From: Trypanosoma brucei
Lineage: Eukaryota
Assembly: GCA_000002445.1 (NCBI GenBank)
Contig: CP000066.1
Span: 1,472,001-1,536,000 of the forward strand
Reading direction: 5' to 3'
DNA: 64,000 nt
The first letter of the stretch is position 1; each line of letters starts with the position of its first letter. Under the pieces are notes generated by a model. That model made no database searches, had not been told where the DNA came from, and saw nothing but the letters and a program-made list of their open reading frames with translations. A program made the translations under genes and the position numbers. Below, piece by piece: positions 41,824-52,300 of the stretch.

Positions 41824-42458
41824 CACAGGTGTACATGGGCGTAATATTGGCTCATGAAAGCATCAAATAAATAAAATCGTGTAACGTTAACCCCATCCTG
41901 CAGTATCAAGGGGAGAGTTTGAGTGTCATTAGATTCATCTCATGCTTCACATGATTTCTTTCCTTTTACAAGCGTGAATGAGCTATGAGGAGGGAAGGGA
42001 ACTGATGGTAAAGTAATAAAATAAAAGAAAGTTATAATGATATGATTGTGGAATTGCGTCTCTCCATATGTTAACATATACACGAATATACATGTGTTTG
42101 TATACATCTTTTTTTTTTAAAAAAAAAATATATGTGGGAATTTTTTTTTAGCATACTTTTTTATCATTTTTTTTTTGAATCTGCTCATCAACATAGGTTA
42201 GAAGCAAACAAAAAACAAGTAAAAAAAGAGGAGAAAGCGGTCTGAGACACTGCTGTGGAGAGGGGCTACAACGGCTAAAGCCCTTTACGCTCTTCTTGCG
42301 TGTAGTACCATCATTTCTACCAGGTGTTTGGTTGCATTTAAAATATTTTGTTACGACTGATAATTTTGTTATATTATTATTATTATTATTTTCAACGGTT
42401 ATCGCTAATTGTTAACCCGATACGTCAGGTGTGGGTTCCTGTGGTCATCCCATGAAGT

Positions 42459-43076
42459 TTGGGAATGTTACGACTCTCCAGTCGGTGCCACTTGTATGAA
42501 AAGCTTGGGCGCACAAAACTTGGCGCAGAAGTGTTGTTGAAAACACGCAATGATATGCGAGGGTTTGGGAAGGACAGTAATTTTATTGTTCGATTTCTCG
42601 CGCGCAGGCGACCGATTGATTTCTTAGCGTTGGAGGTGGATGGCCGTTTAGCACGGGAATTGCATCCCTCTTTTCGTATTGTAAAAAATGCATGTACTCT
42701 TTTACTTATGGGACCCGTTTTTGTAATGCTCGTCAGTGGCATGATGTCACCTACTTATTATCTTTTAGTTTCTACCAATATAATGACGGTGGATCGTTAC
42801 AATGGTTTATGGGAATTTTCGCACTGGGCGGTGGTATTGTGTGGGCAGTTGTTTGTGTTTATTTTCCTTTACGACCTTTCGGTGTATGTTCGTTATCCAT
42901 TTTTTGCCTATATTTTAGTGCCCATGTACCGGCGTTTGGGTCTGCAGCGTCATCAGAATGTTACGGTTCCATTGGATGAGGTAAGGCGACGGGCACGCGC
43001 AAAACCGTTAGGCGCTCCGTTGAGTACTGTAGGAAAGAAACTTAAGAATAAACGAACAGGAACACGCGGTTCCTGA
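42459..43076 (+). CDS. hypothetical membrane protein with about 2-3 predicted TM helices and a basic C-terminus
   Basis: Hydrophobic segments LLLMGPVFVMLVSGM and AVVLCGQLFVFIFLY. Same strand as neighbours. No motif recognised. Confidence 0.45.
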   Translation: MGMLRLSSRCHLYEKLGRTKLGAEVLLKTRNDMRGFGKDSNFIVRFLARRRPIDFLALEVDGRLARELHPSFRIVKNACTLLLMGPVFVMLVSGMMSPTYYLLVSTNIMTVDRYNGLWEFSHWAVVLCGQLFVFIFLYDLSVYVRYPFFAYILVPMYRRLGLQRHQNVTVPLDEVRRRARAKPLGAPLSTVGKKLKNKRTGTRGS

Positions 43077-43715
43077 TTAACCTTTTTTTTTGTTATTTTT
43101 TTAATCATCACTATTAATATCATCATAATTATTAATATACATATATATTTTTTCTCTTCTGCCTGAGGGCTACATCATGTGTTTTGCGTAAAAGTAAGAT
43201 TCCCCTTAACCTGTTGTTGGAAATCTGTCTCCATTGCGAATGCTGGCCTTTGCTAGTGCTATTATTATTATTATGTTGTTGTTGTTGTTGCTGTTGTTCC
43301 AACTTACTCATTTTCCCATGTCACTGATCTCTTTGCTATTTATCCGGTTGCTACTGTCGTATGAACTGCCGACAGTTTACAGCAATAAAGGGGTTTATAA
43401 AGCACCACCAAAGGGAGGAGCCGGGAACAGGAAAAAGAAAAGGAAAAAAGAAAGTGCGTTTGCGTGTGGTGCATTCCATTATAAAAGTTGATCAGATAAT
43501 TTGGTGAGTTGCGCCTAATCGTACGGACGATAGGGACTTGCGACTACACCTTTTTTTTTTAAAAAAAGAAAGAAGTGATAGCGGTGGTGGGAAAATCATT
43601 AGTATATTACGGGAAGGGAATAGGCGTTACAAGATAGGTCCTAAAAAGGAGAAAGACATTGCGTTGTGAGGGGAGCGCGAGCTCCAACTTGAATTTGAAA
43701 TAGCGGAAACAAAAA

Positions 43716-46439
43716 TTGAACCTTGCGATGAACTTCGCCGTACCTCCAGAATATTTAGCTTCTTACGTGAATGCGCAGGCCGTGGTACCAAAAACCGCGC
43801 CACCGGCTAATCTTCAGCATCGATTTGAGGACCCGCACCAAATGCAAAACTGGGGTCCCCAAGGTGTTGCACCAGTTACCACTGATGCGCACACAACATA
43901 CGGAACTCATGCTGATCAGCCACAAGAATATCTCCCGCAGCAGTACCAACAGGGTGGGCAACCAATAACAGCGCAAAACTCAAACAAACTCTACAAGGCG
44001 TCAGCACCTCCCCACTCACCACAACCGCAGCAATATTTGCCAACCGCACCTTCTCCCCAGCAATCAGACACGGTGATTTGTTGGGATGTTCAACTCGCAA
44101 AGTTGCATGAGAAGAGCACATTTCTTGATCACCCCACAATTCCGCGGTTTCTTCACTCATATGTGGATCAGGATATGTCACGGTTACCTCCATCGCTGCA
44201 GTACATCGCTCCCGCAAATCGTACGACCATGCGGCCAACTGCTCAAGTGCTTCCAAATACATCGAAGCTGGCAGACACGTTGCAGCTGCCGCTAGGAATT
44301 ATTTTTCAACCCTTTGCGGATACCCGACCAGCTGAAGTAGATTTTTCACAACTAGGTGGGCGCCTTATACGTTGTTGCAGGTGCATTGCATATATAAACC
44401 CTTTCACAACGTTCTGTGAAGGAGGGCGGCGGTGGCAGTGCATGTTATGCCGGCACATGAATGAGACACCGAACGAATACTTTTGCCAACTGGATCAACA
44501 AACAGGGTTGAGGTTAGATTTGCTTCAGCGCCCCGAGTTGACACATTGTTCAGTAGACATCTACCCATCACGGGAGTTTTTGCGAAATCCCCCTCAACGG
44601 CCGGCATTTATTCTTTTGTTGGACTGCACGTATCATGCAATAGCTTCAGGGAATCTGCGGGCCATTTGTGAGGGCGTTCTTGCAGCGCTTGACACTATGA
44701 AAGACGAGGACGCCATTTATATGGGTGTTATTGGCTTTTCATCTACGGTGTACTTTTTCAACATGGCCTCGACATTACAGTCCCCTCGGGTTATTGTGGC
44801 ACCCGACATTGTGTGGGATGATTGCAAGGTGGAAGACAACTTCAAAGTAGAACCCATTGAATTACCCAGCAGCGTTAATGAACTGTTGGTTAATGTGAAG
44901 GATTCCTACCCGCTGCTGAAGGAGCTTTTTGAGAAACTTCCAGAGATGTGCAGCGATACGAAAGATGTGGGTTGCGCATTTGGTCCTGCTTTTGCTGCGG
45001 CACTCTCCATGCTTGGAAACAGTGGAGGTAAGATACTGGCGAGTATTGACACCATGCCGTCTATTGGCAGTGGAAAACTAAGCCCACGATTTAACATTTC
45101 AAAACTCTCTAACCAACCAAAGGAGTATACTGTGTTGACGGAGGCAAACGAATGGTACAAACATCGGGCTTTGGCGTGCTCGAATAGTAATATATCCGTT
45201 GACATATTCGCTGGTTCCGCACAGGATTTGGATCTGGCGACAATTGCTCCTCTTGCTCGCCTCACCTCAGGAAAAATATACCGTTGTACCCCAGTTACTT
45301 TGAACGGCATCTCACGTCAGGTGCACCGTGTGTTGACGCGGTACACCGCCTTTGAGGCTCTTCTACGCGTGCGCACGTCAAAGGGCCTAACTGTACCGAA
45401 TTTCTATGGACATTGCCACGTGCGGGAACCCGATCTTCTTGCTCTTCCCATAGGTGATGAAGATTCTTCTTACACAGTGGAGCTAAAACCTACCCATGAC
45501 CTCAAGGGAAACTATGCTTATGTTCAAATTGCTGTTGTTCACACCAGTCGTTCTCGAGAGAGGCGTATTCGTGTGCATACATTTCAACTGGCTATATCGG
45601 GATCTATTGGTCAGGTAGTGAACTCCGCGGACTCTCTCGCAGTTGCGTCTTTCCTCAGCAAGATGGCTATTGACAGTGCCATAAAGAATCCATTCCAAAA
45701 GGTTCAGCAGCGGATAATGGAGCGCTTACTGACTACCATACGTGCAGTGAAAACTCATAACGAATCTCATGGTCAACGTGGTGGGTATTTTATGATGCCA
45801 GATTCACTTCGTTTCGTCCCTCAGTTGTTGCATGGTTTCTTTAGGAGTGCAGCGATTGGGTTCTCGACTTCGACGCCTATTCTCCCAGACGAGCGTATGG
45901 CTGCCATCTCCCAAGTGGTTTGTACGGCACCGCAAGGTATCGTTCCTTTTTTCATTGGATGGACATTTGAGGTGTATTCTCCATATGTACCGCCTGAGGA
46001 ACTGCCGCAACCAATTTTTTCCTCGCAATCTTTTTTTAAACCAGATGGTGTTTATTTACTGCATATCGGAACCGCACTCGTCCTCTGGTACGGGCGAACC
46101 ACTGATCCTGCCGTTCTCAACGTGTTAGGTTTACCGTCCAACAGCGGAGAAACGCAGGCACCGAAGGGACCGCCGCAGTCACAAGGAAGGGAACCGCGAT
46201 ATTTAATCACGGATGAACAACTGATTGAAATCCGCAGACGTTTAGATGAATTGTTGTGGAAGTTGAGTGATATCACACGCTGTGGATTTACTGTCTCTCT
46301 TGAAATATGCCAGCAGGGCAGCAAAACAATTGAGCCGGTTCTCACCCGCATGATGATGGAAGATGAAGTGCGGTCATTGCCAAACTACGCATCTTTTCTG
46401 CGGGACGTATGGCAGAGGTCTTCACTGATCGCTAAGTGA
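43716..46439 (+). CDS. SEC24: COPII coat subunit Sec24
   Basis: P/Q-rich N-terminus. Sec23/24 zinc finger (CCRCIAYINPFTTFCEGGRRWQCMLCRHMNE), followed by trunk/beta-barrel/helical regions typical of Sec24. Length 907 aa. Confidence 0.85.
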   Translation: MNLAMNFAVPPEYLASYVNAQAVVPKTAPPANLQHRFEDPHQMQNWGPQGVAPVTTDAHTTYGTHADQPQEYLPQQYQQGGQPITAQNSNKLYKASAPPHSPQPQQYLPTAPSPQQSDTVICWDVQLAKLHEKSTFLDHPTIPRFLHSYVDQDMSRLPPSLQYIAPANRTTMRPTAQVLPNTSKLADTLQLPLGIIFQPFADTRPAEVDFSQLGGRLIRCCRCIAYINPFTTFCEGGRRWQCMLCRHMNETPNEYFCQLDQQTGLRLDLLQRPELTHCSVDIYPSREFLRNPPQRPAFILLLDCTYHAIASGNLRAICEGVLAALDTMKDEDAIYMGVIGFSSTVYFFNMASTLQSPRVIVAPDIVWDDCKVEDNFKVEPIELPSSVNELLVNVKDSYPLLKELFEKLPEMCSDTKDVGCAFGPAFAAALSMLGNSGGKILASIDTMPSIGSGKLSPRFNISKLSNQPKEYTVLTEANEWYKHRALACSNSNISVDIFAGSAQDLDLATIAPLARLTSGKIYRCTPVTLNGISRQVHRVLTRYTAFEALLRVRTSKGLTVPNFYGHCHVREPDLLALPIGDEDSSYTVELKPTHDLKGNYAYVQIAVVHTSRSRERRIRVHTFQLAISGSIGQVVNSADSLAVASFLSKMAIDSAIKNPFQKVQQRIMERLLTTIRAVKTHNESHGQRGGYFMMPDSLRFVPQLLHGFFRSAAIGFSTSTPILPDERMAAISQVVCTAPQGIVPFFIGWTFEVYSPYVPPEELPQPIFSSQSFFKPDGVYLLHIGTALVLWYGRTTDPAVLNVLGLPSNSGETQAPKGPPQSQGREPRYLITDEQLIEIRRRLDELLWKLSDITRCGFTVSLEICQQGSKTIEPVLTRMMMEDEVRSLPNYASFLRDVWQRSSLIAK

Positions 46440-46546
46440 GTACAGTTCATAAAAGATGAGGGGGGGGGAAAGCTTCATTCCCGAAACGCACGTATTATAT
46501 GCTTAGGATTAGTTGAGGATGGACACACGCATATTCATATATATTT

Positions 46547-46552
<6 letters not shown>

Positions 46553-46578
<26 letters not shown>
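46553..46578. repeat. (AT)13 microsatellite
   Basis: Direct reading. Confidence 0.95.
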
Positions 46579-47764
46579 CTTTGCGCATTAAAACATAAGT
46601 GTTAATGCGCAGTAGCGAGGAGGGAAATGTGGGATTCAGTGCAAGAGTGCATACGGTAAGCGGCAAAGTGATGATATCAACTCTAAGCAGGATGTTGTGA
46701 GAGTCAAGAGGGCATGTTCAGGTAGCAGCGCAATCACAATAGCAACCTTCACATCACCATCTTGTTCACTTTTTTTTTTGACGTGCCGGCGTGTAATGTA
46801 GTGGAAATTTAGCAGTGATCAACATTTAGGGTACTGTCACACTCACACCCTCTCTCTCTCTCTTTTCTCCGTCGGTGGAAAAACCGCGTTATTTTCGTTG
46901 TTGTTGTTGTTAACTTGCGGTGCTTGCGTTAACTTTTCTCATCCCTTTCCTCCTTTTCTTCTTCATTTTGGGAATTGGTAGCTTGCAGCAGTGAATTGCA
47001 TGTGTCTGTGTATGTTAGTTAATGAACTGTTAAATAAGTTGTGGAGGAAGTTTGAGGTTGTGGTTGCAGGAAGAAACAGGTGCGTGAGATGCAATGTTTT
47101 TGGTGTTACTGGTAGCGGGGGGGGGGGAGCATTTTCTTTTTCGTTTTTTATTTAATCGCGTGTTTTTTTTTTGTGGCTGTGGTGATGAATGCGGAGTCGG
47201 ATTTGTGTTATCCTTTTTGCACTCTGTACCTCAGCTCAGTGGTGAAGTCTCAATATATAGATAGTGTATTGTCTCCTTTGGATACGTCAATTGCTTGCGT
47301 CTTAATGACTGTGTTTCGCTTCCATGAGGTTTTCGTGACATTTTTTTTGGTTACATTTCCCGTTTGTTGCTCGCCTCTTCTTGCGTTCGGTATTGCGATG
47401 CAAGTACCTCTGTGTGTGTGTTTTTTTTAAGGCGATTTCTTCTTGTTTTTTTTTCTTAATTGTGTCAAAGCACGTGCAGGTGGTGAGCATTACATATAAG
47501 GCTATAGATATAGTTCATAAAGGCTGGAGAGCGGAACAGGCGGTCTTATTGAATTACCAAAGAAGGATAAAACATAGCAATTATAATATTAATAATAAGG
47601 AATCCAGGTACTTTGAGGCTGCAGCTGTAGTGAGAGATAGTTAAAAAAGGAAGCAAAGAAATTGAGGGAGAGATTATACATCTCCTCTTGTGTCGTCTTT
47701 TTTTTTCTTTTTTTCTTTCTTTTTTAAAGAAAAAATTGTACTACAAAGCAATAAAACTATTGAA

Positions 47765-48580
47765 ATGCCAAAGGTTCTCATCCCTATGTGCAGCGGGTGG
47801 GTTCTGAAGTCAGTGATGTTGCTTCTATTGGTTCTGATTACCATAAAGTCTGTGCCGGAGGTTGTAGCAGCAGCTCAAGACAAATCCGTATCTTTGGGAA
47901 GCCGTGAGGAGCAAATTGCTTTTTGGGAAGGGGAAATTGAAAAGTTAAGGTCAAAGAGCCTCATTGAGGCTGAGCGAAGATACGGTAATGCCAAACATGA
48001 ATTGGAGGAGGCAAAGAAGAATTCGGGATGGTTTTTTGTTAGTGAAGTTGACAAGGCACGGATAAAGCGACTGGACGAGGCGTACCGAGAGCGACTTGCT
48101 GAACTCTCTGTGTTAAATAAGCAAGAGGAGATGTTATTGGCCAAACTCAAGCCTCTGTATGGAATTGTCTCGCAGCGCTTCATGCAGGAGCAGCGTGACA
48201 CAATTGCTCAAACGTTGCGTACCTTGCAGGATATGAGTTACGACCAAGCATGGTACAACTCCCTCTTTAATATTAGAGAGGCGGAGTCTTTTACGGATCT
48301 AATTATCGGGTTCGCTATTGAGTGGTTGTCAACTTATATATTCATGTATCCATTTGCATCTCTCTACTACGCTTTTTGGTCGGCTCCATGGTCCATCTAT
48401 GCTTATTCCTCCGGCCCATTTGACATTGTTGTGGGCGCTTTCGCTTGGGTGGCTTCAGTGACTTTCATGCTTCTGCCGTATCTTGCGCTTATTGGTGGAG
48501 GTTATTACTTAACTAGGAGCCGCGGTATCCACATCTCAGACATGTTGCGTAGTTTTGGTGCGAGAAGACGAAGGGGCTGA
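47765..48580 (+). CDS. hypothetical membrane protein: N-terminal signal/anchor, coiled-coil segment and C-terminal hydrophobic helices
   Basis: Start at the ATG at 47765 (MPKVLIPMCSGWVLKSVMLLLLVLITI...) after a T-rich tract. Heptad region EEQIAFWEGEIEKLRSKSLIEAERRYGNAKHELEEAKK. C-terminal aromatic-rich TM helices. Confidence 0.45.
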   Translation: MPKVLIPMCSGWVLKSVMLLLLVLITIKSVPEVVAAAQDKSVSLGSREEQIAFWEGEIEKLRSKSLIEAERRYGNAKHELEEAKKNSGWFFVSEVDKARIKRLDEAYRERLAELSVLNKQEEMLLAKLKPLYGIVSQRFMQEQRDTIAQTLRTLQDMSYDQAWYNSLFNIREAESFTDLIIGFAIEWLSTYIFMYPFASLYYAFWSAPWSIYAYSSGPFDIVVGAFAWVASVTFMLLPYLALIGGGYYLTRSRGIHISDMLRSFGARRRRG

Positions 48581-48702
48581 GAAGAGAATTATTAGAAATA
48601 TATATATTTTTTCCTTCTGTGCATAAAATGAGGGGAATGGCCAACTATTGGTGTAGCCCTTTATGCTCGTTTCTCTCTTTCTCTCTCTCACTCTCTCTGT
48701 AG

Positions 48703-48752
48703 GTGTGTGTGTGTGTGTGTGTGTTTGTTTGTTTGTTTGTTTGTTTGTTTGT
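48703..48752. repeat. compound (GT)11-(GTTT)7 microsatellite, preceded by an imperfect (CT)n from 48673
   Basis: gtgtgtgtgtgtgtgtgtgtgtttgtttgtttgtttgtttgtttgtttgt. Confidence 0.95.
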
Positions 48753-49397
48753 CCTTGCATCCGCAGAAGTAATGGCGCCTCCAAGCCGCGCTTCAGTTCA
48801 GTCTTTTGGATTGGAGACCATTTGATAGTAGGCGAAGAAAATTTCGTAACTTTGTATGCGTATGTGCGCTTACGCCTGCGCCTTTTACCGTGCACCCCAA
48901 TTGTGTTATAAATCCAGTGGTTGTATGCAATTAGTTATCTATTTTTGGTTCAGTGGATAGCATACAAGGGGTTTCACCTTTTCACAAATCTCTTCTACTA
49001 ACGTCGCAGTGATTTGTGTTACGATTAAGTAGTAACATTTTTAAAAATATAAGTACTGGTGTGCCTGAAAATGTGGCTATGGGGTGTATGTAGTACTGTC
49101 TGGTTCCTTATTGAGTCTTTATTTTCAATTCTTTAAAACAATACGGATGATTCCCATCTACTTATTTTATTGCGTTCTTTAATAAAATAAATGCCTCACT
49201 TCCTCAAATACAACGTTGTTGCGTTCATGATTCAGTTTCCGGCAGTTTTCCAAGGAACATCCATTGTAGTCATTTTTTTTTCTTTTTTTTATTTGTCGAT
49301 ACAAGAGCGGGCCGCTTTCTGTAGAGGAAGCGTAACATCTACAAGGGATTGTTGAGGTGATTGTAGCCCCACAACTTAGCACCACTATCAAGCGTTA

Positions 49398-52300
49398 ATG
49401 AAAGGAAATGACAACGACTGTAACGCTGCGGACCCGGAGGTATCTCAACTTGTCATTCCTCCAGAACTCGAAAGGGCTCTTCATGCACATCAAATATCTG
49501 CGCTTCACTTCATGTGGAGGAAACTTGTTGACAACGGCATAGAACGTGTTATTCGTCAGAGCCGTGGTGCACCACTAACTGACCGTGTGAGGTTGTATCA
49601 AGAAGTGTTTGGTTGCATTGTTGGTCACTCAATGGGATTGGGAAAAACCATCACTGCGCTCAGTTTCTTGTTATTACTGCAAAAACACTACGCAACATCT
49701 GACAATGTAAGTAGTAAGCACAAAGTCACCGATTCCTCTGAGGCTAGTGAAGACGAAGATACAGCCGGGGCACCCGTCACCGCTTCATGTATTCGCGTGC
49801 TTGTGTTAACACCGCGCAGTTGCACGTACCATTGGCAAAGTAGTGCTGAGCAGTGGATGAGTTCCAGTCTTTTCGGAGGCACGCAACTACCTTTGTACGT
49901 ACCGCTCGGCAACAGTGCTACAGACGCCCTCGTGTTAAAACATTACCACGAAGGTGGTGCTCTGCTTCTTGGATATGAGGAGTATAATAAACTCGTATCC
50001 CGAGCGAGGGAAGTAGCTGGTGGTGGTCAGTCCTATTCTCGTGTTCATTCCATTTTTGACCGTAGTCGACCACCTCTACCGCTTACACGCCAAGTTGTCA
50101 TGTCAGAAATGTTGGAAAGTTTTGATGTGGTTGTCTTTGATGAGTCGCATCGTTTTAAACGTCCCAAGTCGAGGCTTGTGACGGCACTCAAACAGTCTTT
50201 GCACGCTGTGCAACTGCGTATCGCACTGACGGGGACTCCGCTACAGAATCACCTTGAAGAATACGGCGTCATGCATTCAGTAGTGACAGGTGGTGCTTTC
50301 GATTTGGCTCCGTTTCGTCGTCTCTTCGCCATACCCATTGAGCGAGGCCAATGTGCCGATTCCACATATGAACAATATTTGGAGATGCAAAAATGTGTCG
50401 CTTCACTTCGGCGGTTCTTTTCCACTACTGTGCACCCGTGCGGGCCGGAGGTACTGAAGCGTGACCTTCCAGAACGGCGCGAGTACCTCATTCTTGTGGG
50501 GTTATCACCTCAGCAGGAGGACGCATACCGCTCTCTCTTGAGGCAGTTCTTTCCTGATATGAATAAGGGCGTAATATTAAACCTGCATCACAAGGCTTCA
50601 CACATATGTTGTCATGCGATGATGGACAACCAACTTGTGCAGGTACTCTGCCAGAGTGTATATGTTGATGAGAATGGACGAGAAACCCATAGCAACTTAG
50701 GGGCGGGAAGGGGTGTTCAAACTCCTGGGAAAGATAGTGTTACTGATGACTGTGACAGCGAATCAAGGGAAAGTTCTCGGGATGAGTCAGAATTTAGTGG
50801 CGATATAAGCAGTTCCTCTTCGTCGACGTCTTCTAGTGCTAGTGACTTGAAAGGACAATCACAGGCAAATACGTCAAAGGAAAATGCTTCCGTAGATATT
50901 TGGCTCAAAAGGTTGCGAATTGACGAATCCCCGAAACTTAACCTGACGCTTTCCCTTCTTCGCTACATTAGTGAGGATCTTCGCGAAAAGGTGGTGCTCT
51001 TTTCCACTTACAAGAGCCACTTGTATCTTCTCATGTTTCTCCTAAGACAAAGAGGTGTCGTTTCTGAGGTTTTACATGGAGGCGTTGAGGTTAAGGAACG
51101 TCAGCTGATCATTGACCGCTTTTCGGTCGATCCATCGCTGCGTGTGTTGTTGTGCTCAACAAAGGCACTTGGTGTGGGTATCAACCTGGTCGCAGCTAAT
51201 CACTGCATTCTTTTTGATGTGAGTTGGAACCCAAGTGATGACACCCAGGCAACTTATCGTCTCTACCGCTATGGCCAACGTCGGCCAGTAACAATTTATC
51301 GTATCGCTACAGAGGGAACTTTCGAGCATGTTGTGTTCTTTTACGCTCTGAGTAAATCGTGGATCCACAAAAAGATTGTTGATGTATCCGATCCCGCTCG
51401 GTACGATCGCCACGTAAAAGAAAATTATTTCATCTATCCTTGTCCACTTCCCGTTGATTTTGAACAAGTCGATGGAAAACCTGAGGTTCGTACTAAACTT
51501 CCAAACGGTGAGGCGCTGCAGAAAAAATGGCGGGATTACGCTTCCCTTCACTGCCCCTCTTTACTCCATACCGCACGAGACGGCACGTTTGCGTGGATTA
51601 GGGCGATTACGGAGTATTCCTTTTTGGTGCGTGACAGCACTGAGGAGGCCATAAGGGAGATGGGATTGCGATTTGAGGCGGAAAGGCGAAAACCTTTGAT
51701 GCCCGTTGTGATTGAAAAAGTAATGGGAGGAAGTCGGCCTGTGCAGGAGAAAACGGGGAACACCATGCAACGTTGTGAACCATCCCTACAGGTATGTTTA
51801 AGCGGATGCGCTGATCAACTGGTGTCGATGGCCAGCCAGGGGCAAGCTCATCATGAAGAAGTCCAGCGGCATGTGGCAGACGTAAGCAAACAAGAAATGG
51901 AGAAAAGACTCACTTGTCTTCTCGCAAAGGTGCTCGGTGTTCCTGAGCCAGCTGGAGGATTAGTTGAAGTGGTCACACTTATCTTCCATTTAGGTGTAGA
52001 TCACGTTATGCAGGAAACACTTAACAAAGCACCTTACGCGAAGCTACGTTCAGTTCTCAACGCTAGAGTTCTAAATAGCAAATTATCGGAAAAATCACTA
52101 CAAAACTCACTGAAATTTAAGCCGTTCACTCTCTTCGCCATCATGGCACCAACTGAGGTGACATACACCTTAACAGAGTTAGGTTTCAACAGACCATTTG
52201 CCCCTCATTGTACACTTGTTGGTGTGCGTTGCGCTCTACGGAGCAACAATATATCTCGTGATACGCTTCAAGAGCTGTACAATCTTTTGGCTTCTGCAAG

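Noticed and set aside
41219-41836. 205-aa minus-strand ORF antisense to the 3' end of the RIO1 gene
   Set aside because: It is antisense to a strongly supported gene. Its reading frame is kept open by the GA-rich (D/E codon) C-terminal tail of RIO1, and the translation is H/P/S-rich and non-globular.
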